In this document: positions 25,559-32,316 of the stretch, in pieces
Layout of the letters: each line of letters begins with the position of its first letter
Position numbering within the stretch: the first letter of the stretch is position 1
DNA from: Nanobdellota archaeon
Lineage (GTDB): Archaea; Nanobdellota; Nanobdellia; Pacearchaeales; GW2011-AR1
Reading direction: 5' to 3'
NCBI GenBank assembly: GCA_018901625.1
Contig: JAHIEM010000051.1
Span: 1 to 32,316, forward strand
Length of the DNA stretch: 32,316 nucleotides
Translations under genes and position numbers: made by a program
Notes under the pieces: generated by a model
Told to the model about the DNA's origin: nothing
Seen by the model: only the letters and a program-made list of their open reading frames with translations
Databases searched by the model: none

Positions 25559-26386
25559 TTAGTTCGGGGTAATCACCCTTAATGGGTTTTTACTTAATTT
25601 TATTTCGAGCCGCGAGTCTCTAGGTAAATCAAATTCTTTTGTATCTATAGAAAATTTTCCTTCATGCCCTTTGTAATCTATTCTAACATAACCTGCTTTT
25701 CCTTGCCCAATAATTCCTGAATAGGGTAGCAATGTTCTAAACTCAAAATATGGGTTGCTTCTTGAATATGTTTTAAATGCAGCAGGCCATGCACTTGAAC
25801 CTGTTCCAGTTACAATAACAATTCCAGAACCACTTTGAGTTTCTTGTTTAGTTAATCCACTTTCTGCATCTAAAAACATTAGATTGTACTTTGCAAGTTT
25901 ATCAAATCTTAATCTTTCTCCTACACATGTTTCATTAGAAGCTCTTCCTGCGAATTTACCATCAAGATAAACATCTTGCCTTTGCCATTCTTCAATTTTA
26001 TATTTGCCTGAGAGAAAAAGTTCAAGAGCTTTTTCAACATCTTTTTGGCAAAGGGCTCCTGCGCTTCTTGAATCTGTTCTTAAGTTTAATTGGATAATAT
26101 CTAAGTTATATGCTGCCACAGCAATAACTGTTCCATCTCCTCCTGCTGAAATTACAGCATCATAACCTCTGAGAAGTTCTTCAGAAAGTTCTTTTCTTGT
26201 TACTATATCAACTTGGGTTCCAGCTTTCTTTAATATTTCCTCTATTCTTCTTAAACTTTCATTATGGCTCTTATGACTTTCATTTATAACTTCACTTTTA
26301 TGATTTCCATTATAATAATATTCAAGAGCAGACATTTTTCTTACAACAAGTATTTTTTTAAAAGCCATTTTAAATTTCCTTCTCAA
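25559..26386 (-). CDS. nadK: NAD kinase
   Basis: GGDGT motif (ISAGGDGTVIAVAAY) and the C-terminal VTGTGSSAWPAAF (equivalent to TPTGSTAY). The start could be the internal M at 26368. Confidence 0.75.
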   Translation of the reverse strand: MRRKFKMAFKKILVVRKMSALEYYYNGNHKSEVINESHKSHNESLRRIEEILKKAGTQVDIVTRKELSEELLRGYDAVISAGGDGTVIAVAAYNLDIIQLNLRTDSRSAGALCQKDVEKALELFLSGKYKIEEWQRQDVYLDGKFAGRASNETCVGERLRFDKLAKYNLMFLDAESGLTKQETQSGSGIVIVTGTGSSAWPAAFKTYSRSNPYFEFRTLLPYSGIIGQGKAGYVRIDYKGHEGKFSIDTKEFDLPRDSRLEIKLSKNPLRVITPN

Positions 26387-26460
26387 ATAAATTCCAATCT
26401 TTGAAATAGTTTCTCATATAATTCTCCCTAATTGTCTATTTTTAAAGTAATTGTTTAGTT

Positions 26461-26994
26461 TCATTTTATCTCCCCCAATCTTCGCAATTTTTCATACATT
26501 ACTAGATAAGCTGTCTTTGACCCTTCTATTCTGTTGTCAATCACCATTTTATAAACCTCATCAAAAGAGAGAGTTACTACTTGAATTTTCTCTGTATCTT
26601 CTAATCTTTGATTCACCTTTTTTCCCGGACCATGTGCTAAAAATAAATAGACTCTTTCAGTATCATGGCCGTCTGTTGAGATAAGCCTCCCAAGTGATTC
26701 AACTTGATTAGGTTTAATTCTAATTCCACATTCTTCTTCAAGACCCTCAATCATTACTTCCAAAGGACTTAATCCCTCTTTATCAAGTGTTTCAGCAGGT
26801 AATGCTAAAATCTCTTCTTCCATTGCAGGCCTGAATTGTTTAGTGAGATAAACCTGATCTTTTTCATCAATATATAACATAACTGCTGCATCTTTTGATA
26901 CAACTACATCATATTTTTTCCCTTCATGAAACCTGTGAACAAGAGTTAGGTACCCTCTGTAAACAACAATATCTCGCGGTTTAGTTTTTACCAT
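26461..26994 (-). CDS. Nudix hydrolase, ADP-ribose pyrophosphatase-like
   Basis: LPAETLDKEGLSPLEVMIEGLEEECGI is a Nudix box in the NudF-like context. The start is set at ATG 26994, 1 nt after the nadD stop; the track ORF extends to 27051 inside nadD. Confidence 0.6.
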   Translation of the reverse strand: MVKTKPRDIVVYRGYLTLVHRFHEGKKYDVVVSKDAAVMLYIDEKDQVYLTKQFRPAMEEEILALPAETLDKEGLSPLEVMIEGLEEECGIRIKPNQVESLGRLISTDGHDTERVYLFLAHGPGKKVNQRLEDTEKIQVVTLSFDEVYKMVIDNRIEGSKTAYLVMYEKLRRLGEIK

Positions 26995-26995
26995 T

Positions 26996-27559
26996 TTATT
27001 TAAGATAAAATTCTCCATTTTTAATATATTCTTCAACTTTATCTGGAACAAGCCCTTTAATTAAAATTCCTTTTTCAAGATTATCTCTAATTTGATTTGA
27101 AGATATTTTATTATTTATATTCAAAATCTCCCGAATATCAATTCCTAAATCATTAGAGAAATCAAAACCAGGTCTTTTTATTAAAATAAATTTAACACTA
27201 TTCTTTAAATATTCAAAGTCATGCCATTTTTCTAAATCCTTTATATTATCTGCTCCCATGACAAAATAAAAATCATGAGGAAATTCTCTTTTAAACCAGG
27301 ATATTGTTTTTGAAGTATAGCTTTTTTTATCTGGATCTAATTCTACCCCTATTACTTTAACTAAAGGATTATTTTCAATAGCTAAATTAATCATCTTCAT
27401 TCTAACTTCTCCACTTACTAGTTTTTTATTAAATGCATGATTCCCACAAGGAATAAGCCAAACTTGGTCCACTATTTGCTTTGATAGTAATTCATTTACT
27501 ATTTGCAAATGCCCGTTGTGAATTGGATTAAAACTTCCTCCAAATAATGCAACTTTCAT
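26996..27559 (-). CDS. nadD: Nicotinate-nucleotide adenylyltransferase, bacterial NadD type
   Basis: ALFGGSFNPIHNGHL (GxFxPxHxGH), later FVMGADN and the ISSNQIR (ISST-like) motif; 187 aa. Confidence 0.85.
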   Translation of the reverse strand: MKVALFGGSFNPIHNGHLQIVNELLSKQIVDQVWLIPCGNHAFNKKLVSGEVRMKMINLAIENNPLVKVIGVELDPDKKSYTSKTISWFKREFPHDFYFVMGADNIKDLEKWHDFEYLKNSVKFILIKRPGFDFSNDLGIDIREILNINNKISSNQIRDNLEKGILIKGLVPDKVEEYIKNGEFYLK

Positions 27560-28260
27560 TTTTCCTCCCGAACATAAAAAGTTGGGGGCATTTTTCGCTT
27601 ATGTTCTGAATATCTCACTCTATTCTGGATTGCATCATAAACTTTCCCTTTTGTTATCTCTCCATTTAATACAGCATCAATTTCTTTGTAACTCGCTCCA
27701 ATTTCTCCCTCATCCGTTTGCCCCTCAAAAAGTTCTGCAGAAGGTTTTCTGTCTATTATTTTTTTAGGTATTCCTAAAATTTTAGCTACTTCAAAGATTT
27801 TTGTTTTGTAGATATCTGCTATTGGTTCAATATCACAACCACCATCTCCATATTTTGTAAAATATCCTATTTCAATTTCAGTTTTGTTGCTTGTTCCTAC
27901 CACTATTCCGTTTAGTTGATTTGCAAAACTGTACAAAATTATCATTCTTGTTCTTGCCATTATGTTTCCTAGGCTTACTTTATCAAATTTGTAATAATTG
28001 AATTTATCAACTATCTCTTTGATATTTATTTCTTTGTTCTCTATCCCAAGATAATCTGTAACAAGTTTTCCGTCTTCTGTACTCTGTGCTCCATATGGAA
28101 TTAAAATTCCAAGAACATTTTCCTTGCCTACTGCCCTTACGCATAGGGCAGCGACTACCGCACTGTCAATTCCACCAGATACCCCGATTATTGCTTTTTT
28201 GTTTCCTAGGTATTCTCTAAGTTTCAATGTTATTTTTTCAATTACTTCTTCGTGCATCAT
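27556..28260 (-). CDS. nadE: NH3-dependent NAD+ synthetase
   Basis: PP-loop GVSGGIDSAVVAAL, GTSNKTEIEIGYFTKYGDGG, and EEKPSAEL-like PSAELFEGQTDEGE. The start at ATG 28260 forms an ATGA overlap with the upstream stop. Confidence 0.85.
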   Translation of the reverse strand: MMHEEVIEKITLKLREYLGNKKAIIGVSGGIDSAVVAALCVRAVGKENVLGILIPYGAQSTEDGKLVTDYLGIENKEINIKEIVDKFNYYKFDKVSLGNIMARTRMIILYSFANQLNGIVVGTSNKTEIEIGYFTKYGDGGCDIEPIADIYKTKIFEVAKILGIPKKIIDRKPSAELFEGQTDEGEIGASYKEIDAVLNGEITKGKVYDAIQNRVRYSEHKRKMPPTFYVREEK

Positions 28261-29195
28261 TTTCCTTCTTCCTCCAAAAAATAAGGTGTTAAGCAAAGCC
28301 TGCAAAATTTCCCCCTAATAAAAGGCTCAATTGCCTCTGTTGTATTCGCCAATAAAATAGCATCACTTGCTTTCAAGCTAAGATTATGTTTCTCATTTAG
28401 ACTATTGACTATTTTTTCCTGAATTGGCTTGTATTTTTTGTATAACTCCTGTGGCTTTATATTGTCCAAGACTTTTTCAGTTACAACTAAAGAAAAGATA
28501 TTTTTGAACCATTTATTTCCAATTAATGTTTCTAGAGGCTCTTTTGTAAAAGCAAAACCAGCCCTGTAATAATACATTCCAAAAGGTTTTGACATTGAAG
28601 CCATAACTGCAATTATATTTGGATAGCCAACATCAAAAACATGCTCTTGTGTTAATCCAACATAAGCAAGGTCATACACTACCCTATGATATTTACATAT
28701 ATTCTTTACGAACTCATTTGGAATTATATTCCCATCTCTTCCAGAAGGGTTTGAAATAAAAAATATGCCTGGCTCTAATTTTGAAAAATCCTCATTTTCA
28801 TCAACTTTCTTTATTTTTATTCCTATTCTTACTGCATACTCTTTATAGCCTTCATACTCTTCATTGAGTGTATATATCTGAATATCTGGCTCTTTGCATT
28901 TTAATTCCACAAGAAAGTGAAAAATTCCCTGCCTTGAGCCCTCTGTGAAATACTTAAATGGAAAATTCTTTAACCCAGGAACAAGTTTTTTATGATATTC
29001 TATAAATTTCTCTATTGCTGGAAGATGAAAGTTATCCAATCCTGGATTTATTGAGCTAAGAAAAACTTTATGCGGGTAATTTTTAACAACTCTGTCTATG
29101 ATTTTTCTTATTTCAGGAAAATAATAACAATAAACTGTCTTTGTTGCTTTTATTTTTTCTTCTCTTTCAATTATTTTTTGTTTTTGTTTTTTCAT
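28257..29195 (-). CDS. Short aminotransferase class I/II-like (PLP fold type I) protein, function unknown
   Basis: FISNPSGRDGNII (equivalent to NPxNPTG), YDLAYVGL (equivalent to DEAY), and ASMSKPFGMYYYRAGFAF (equivalent to SxSKxxGxxGxRxG, the PLP lysine). At 312 aa it is shorter than typical aminotransferases. Confidence 0.5.
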   Translation of the reverse strand: MKKQKQKIIEREEKIKATKTVYCYYFPEIRKIIDRVVKNYPHKVFLSSINPGLDNFHLPAIEKFIEYHKKLVPGLKNFPFKYFTEGSRQGIFHFLVELKCKEPDIQIYTLNEEYEGYKEYAVRIGIKIKKVDENEDFSKLEPGIFFISNPSGRDGNIIPNEFVKNICKYHRVVYDLAYVGLTQEHVFDVGYPNIIAVMASMSKPFGMYYYRAGFAFTKEPLETLIGNKWFKNIFSLVVTEKVLDNIKPQELYKKYKPIQEKIVNSLNEKHNLSLKASDAILLANTTEAIEPFIRGKFCRLCLTPYFLEEEGK

Positions 29196-29196
29196 C

Positions 29197-30057
29197 TTAA
29201 ATTAAAATTGCTCCTTTATATTGCCAGTCAAACCTGAGATGCCCGTCTGGAAAAAAGATTATTTGCCTTAGGCTATCTGACTTTGGTTTAATTGTTAAAG
29301 CATCTGTTAAGCACAGATTCTGCCCGTTTAAATCGTAAACTTGTGCTCCATCTTGCAAGGTCATTATTTTATTTCCATTTTTTGCAATAAATTTTTTTAT
29401 TTTTACAAGTTCAGTTTCGCTTGCAATATTCTCTTTAGTCCATGCGAATATATCTTGGTTTTCAGAGTGTTTTGGCGTTGCTAATTTTCTTATGCTCAAT
29501 TGCTCAACTTTCCATTCTTTAGCTTTTTTAATAAGTTTTTCAACTTCTTTGGGATTATCCACAAATCCCTTTAGAATAGTGCAGCTTAATCTTACTGAAA
29601 ACCCTATTTTGTGAAGTTTATCTATTAGGTTTTTAAGTTCAGGATACTTATCAGAGAAAATTTTCTTATTTCTCTTTTGTTCGTAATGAACTATAGATAA
29701 TGCAATCATTGTTAATCCAAGCTTGTACCATTCTTCCAAGTACTTATTGTAGTTTTCTTCAGCTAAAACAATTCCGTTTGTTTGCAATTCTAATAACGGA
29801 AAATTAAACTTTTTTAAATTTTCCAAAAATTTTGTTATTTGCTCTGGATAAAGGGTTGGTTCTCCTTTTCCAGTTATTAAGGTAGTTGTTACTCCATTTA
29901 TTTCTGCTAACCTACAAGCCTTCTCAAAATTTCTCCAGTTAACTCTTGGTTCTTCTATATTAATTCCTTGTTTTGGAGTCATCTTTGATATGCAGTACGG
30001 GCAGTGTGCATTACATTCTGTTGTTCCTGCAACTATGCTAAATGTTTGTATTTTCAT
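29197..30057 (-). CDS. Radical SAM enzyme, function unknown
   Basis: CNAHCPYC (CxxxCxxC) at aa 15-22, and TLITGKGEPTLYP (SAM-binding GGE-like motif); 286 aa. Confidence 0.8.
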   Translation of the reverse strand: MKIQTFSIVAGTTECNAHCPYCISKMTPKQGINIEEPRVNWRNFEKACRLAEINGVTTTLITGKGEPTLYPEQITKFLENLKKFNFPLLELQTNGIVLAEENYNKYLEEWYKLGLTMIALSIVHYEQKRNKKIFSDKYPELKNLIDKLHKIGFSVRLSCTILKGFVDNPKEVEKLIKKAKEWKVEQLSIRKLATPKHSENQDIFAWTKENIASETELVKIKKFIAKNGNKIMTLQDGAQVYDLNGQNLCLTDALTIKPKSDSLRQIIFFPDGHLRFDWQYKGAILI

Positions 30058-30890
30058 ATTCTTCCCTCCAAGACATCTTTAGTTGTGATTAGTTTAGCTC
30101 CTGCTGCAACCATTTCTTCCAAAGCTTTTTGAGTTGTGTCTGGAAAAACTCCTTTTACAGCATCTTCAATGACATAGCACTGAACTCCCCTGTTTTGAAG
30201 TTCGAGAGTACCTGCTCTTACACAAAAATCAGTTGCAACTCCATATACCACTGCTTCATCAATTCCTGCTCTTTTTATGAATTCGCCTGTATTCGGATTG
30301 TCAAAAACATTGTAGGTTTGTTTTTCAAAATAAACTCCTCTCTGCAGATACCCTGGGATTTTTACTCTTTTTACTTCTTCGACCATCATTCCAATTTCTT
30401 GATTATCGATTCCTGTTGTCTGCAAAATAAACATATCTTTAATTTCTTCTTCACTTGCTTCCCAGAACTTAGGATTTTGCGTTTTTTCAATAAACTCTCT
30501 TGTTTCTCTACGAACTTCTTCTAAAGTGACTTTGCAGGTTAGGGGATTATAAACAAAGAAGCAATCATTATAATCTCCCTCCCCTTTTCCTCCCCATGAC
30601 CCCCTTTTAAGTGTTGTTTCCCAAATCTTGTCTTGCCCGGCAGTATGATTCATGCAGTGATCTGGGAAAGGCCCGCCCCATCTTCTTAATTCTCCTTCTC
30701 TTTCTTTGTATTCCAGATTTCCGAAATGCCTATCAACACTCCCCACTATTGGAATGCCTTTTTCTCTTGCAAAATCAGTTAGAAGCTTTAGGTTTGGCCT
30801 TATCAATTCTGCATCAGGGACATATAATGCTCCTTCTTTTTTCATAAAGTCATATTGTGTGTCAACATCCCAAAAAACTCTTAGTCTCAT
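30054..30890 (-). CDS. pncA: Nicotinamidase (isochorismatase fold) with a large internal insertion
   Basis: VDTQYDF (catalytic Asp), SVDRH and FPDHCMNHTAG (metal site), FEKQTYNVF (Lys), VYGVATDFCV (nucleophile Cys); 278 aa. Confidence 0.8.
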   Translation of the reverse strand: MRLRVFWDVDTQYDFMKKEGALYVPDAELIRPNLKLLTDFAREKGIPIVGSVDRHFGNLEYKEREGELRRWGGPFPDHCMNHTAGQDKIWETTLKRGSWGGKGEGDYNDCFFVYNPLTCKVTLEEVRRETREFIEKTQNPKFWEASEEEIKDMFILQTTGIDNQEIGMMVEEVKRVKIPGYLQRGVYFEKQTYNVFDNPNTGEFIKRAGIDEAVVYGVATDFCVRAGTLELQNRGVQCYVIEDAVKGVFPDTTQKALEEMVAAGAKLITTKDVLEGRI

Positions 30891-32077
30891 CTTCCTCCTC
30901 CTAATCTTAATTTTAATCTTAGATTTGGATTATATCCTCTTCCTGTTTTTGAGATTGGAACAAAACTTTCAGGAGTTTCTCCAACAGCAACTATGTCCAT
31001 TTTTGCTGCTCTTGATTTGAATACCTGGCCAACTCCAAGTAAGTCAAATAATTTTACTCCTAAAATTTCTTCTGCATTTGCAAAAGCTTCTACTTTTCTT
31101 GGTTCTGCAAATCCACTTGATAATGCAAGTTTCATGTTAGCATATCCCTTTTCATTTAGAGCTTTTCTCATGGCATAAACTCCTGTTACATTTACTCCGT
31201 GTCCAAACCAATATTTTTCATCTTCAGTTGGAACTATTATTCTTCTTCCAACTAATTGTGCTAATTTTTCTGCATCTGGGAATTCTAGGGCTCCTTCCCC
31301 TACATTTTCTCCACAAGTATCTATTCGTGGTCCCCATAATCTGTTTCCAATTCCTTTTGCACAGGCTAAAGTATCTGTAATTTCTTTATTTCTGTAATCG
31401 CAGAGAATTATTCTTGGCACTTTAGCATCAATGTGTCTATCAAAAGCTAGAAGAGTTTCAAGAACAGCCCTTTCTCTTCCATATTTCCAAGCCATTATAT
31501 TTTCTAAAACATGCGGAGTTGTGCCCATTCCTTTTTGTCTAAATGTCCCTGCTCCTGCATCTGTTGAAGCGCTTGTTGCTCCACCCTCATAAGCAGCCCA
31601 GGTAATTGCAGCATCTTCATCAAATCTCCAGTGTCTTGCTCCAAAATATGAAACCGGCCTTCCTCTAGCTGCTTTAACAACAGCAGCCATATTTTCTCTT
31701 ACTTGATTTAAATCTACTCCCTGTCTATCATTGGCTTTAGTTGTTTCTGCACTTAAAACTCCTAAATACATTGTTTCAAGTTCTACTATATCCTGAATTG
31801 GAGCTTCAATTAACATAAGTGTTTCTCTCGGAGCATAATCTGCTCCTTCTTCTAAAGCATAAACTCTCCCACCATTTTGTTTTAAAGGAGAATATTTTTC
31901 AAGAACAGCCAGAGCTTCATCTACTCCATAAACTTGCCCTGGTCCTTTTCTTATCATTACCTGAGCTCTAACCCATGGATTGATACCTTCAGCTCTTAGT
32001 ACTTCTCCTGTCCTTAAGAAATACTTATCAGCATATGGCTGAGGTTTCTCAGGTAGACTAAAGTTTGTTGTTTTCAT
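30887..32077 (-). CDS. pncB: Nicotinate phosphoribosyltransferase, archaeal/type II PRTase (QPRT-like fold)
   Basis: At 396 aa its length matches the about 390-aa archaeal NAPRTases. ...FGARHWRFDEDAAITWAAYEGGATSAST...GMGTTPHVLENI... resembles the Thermoplasma-type enzyme (FGIRRMHP...GGADGVS...VGTMPHAL). Confidence 0.75.
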   Translation of the reverse strand: MKTTNFSLPEKPQPYADKYFLRTGEVLRAEGINPWVRAQVMIRKGPGQVYGVDEALAVLEKYSPLKQNGGRVYALEEGADYAPRETLMLIEAPIQDIVELETMYLGVLSAETTKANDRQGVDLNQVRENMAAVVKAARGRPVSYFGARHWRFDEDAAITWAAYEGGATSASTDAGAGTFRQKGMGTTPHVLENIMAWKYGRERAVLETLLAFDRHIDAKVPRIILCDYRNKEITDTLACAKGIGNRLWGPRIDTCGENVGEGALEFPDAEKLAQLVGRRIIVPTEDEKYWFGHGVNVTGVYAMRKALNEKGYANMKLALSSGFAEPRKVEAFANAEEILGVKLFDLLGVGQVFKSRAAKMDIVAVGETPESFVPISKTGRGYNPNLRLKLRLGGGR

Positions 32078-32316
32078 TTTCCCCTCCTCGCTTTAAATCT
32101 TAAGAAATCTCCATCTCTCTGGTCAGATTCATATTTTACCTGCCATCCTGCCTCAGCATACCTTCTTATTAATTCGGTATAAAATTTATCCCCGTATTCT
32201 ACTCCTTCTGGTAGATTAATGCAAGCTGTGTAACCTTCTATTCCAGGTCTGAATTGCTTTGCCAGAGCCATGTCTATTATTTGTTCTAATCTTTTTACTA
32301 CTGCTTCATCCTGCCC
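32074..32316 (-). CDS. Hypothetical protein, possibly N-terminally truncated by the window edge
   Basis: The frame is open from the window end (…GQDEAVVKRLEQIIDMALAKQFRPG...) to the stop at 32074-76, with an ATGA-type overlap with the pncB start. The first in-window ATG is at 32271. Confidence 0.45.
   Translation of the reverse strand, partial: GQDEAVVKRLEQIIDMALAKQFRPGIEGYTACINLPEGVEYGDKFYTELIRRYAEAGWQVKYESDQRDGDFLRFKARRGK

Noticed and set aside
26996-27051. 56-nt overlap between the Nudix ORF (track start 27051) and nadD
   Set aside because: The internal ATG at 26994, 1 nt after the nadD stop, gives a normal coupled arrangement and keeps the whole Nudix fold. The long overlap is an ORF-calling artefact.
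30129-31178. Several 60-130 aa plus-strand ORFs inside the NAD operon (30129-30524, 30611-30847, 30706-31020, 30993-31178)
   Set aside because: All are antisense to pncA or pncB, which have strong catalytic motifs. Their translations are Phe/Leu/Ser-rich shadow ORFs.

Overview
AT-rich, gene-dense archaeal fragment. Archaeal markers are diphthine synthase, a TrmB regulator, a PC4-like protein, a KaiC/RadA-like ATPase, and an A1:U72 initiator tRNA with a bulge-helix-bulge (BHB) intron. The compact, biosynthesis-poor gene content suggests a small-genome DPANN-like archaeon; this is inference. About 45 genes are present. The left two thirds hold a RelE/RHH toxin-antitoxin pair, housekeeping genes (ileS, citramalate/IPM synthase homolog, dphB, Sua5/YrdC, TatD, dut, CDP-alcohol phosphatidyltransferase) and many small membrane proteins. 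They also hold tRNA-Ser(GCU), intron-containing tRNA-iMet(CAU), a free-standing LAGLIDADG gene and rnhB. The right third (21.2-32.3 kb) is a tightly coupled NAD-metabolism island. It contains an NrtR-like Nudix regulator, an NMNAT-like/methyltransferase fusion, a deoxyribosyltransferase-like protein, nadB, NAD kinase and ADP-ribose pyrophosphatase. It continues with nadD, nadE, a PLP-fold protein, a radical SAM protein, nicotinamidase and nicotinate phosphoribosyltransferase. Main hunt results: (1) rnhB is interrupted by a 26-nt insert that folds as a BHB motif, and removing it exactly restores the canonical RNase HII N-terminus; this is a candidate archaeal mRNA intron. Its geometry matches the non-canonical 29/30 intron of the tRNA-iMet about 0.8 kb away. 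(2) The NAD operon carries an uncharacterised radical SAM plus PLP-fold pair, and a nadB with no nadA or nadC in view. (3) Nested perfect 15-bp and 12-bp inverted repeats flank a two-gene membrane-protein cassette. (4) tRNA-Ser is followed by two decayed copies of its 3' end, one split by a 16-bp-arm palindrome. No CRISPR array, rRNA or transposase was seen.
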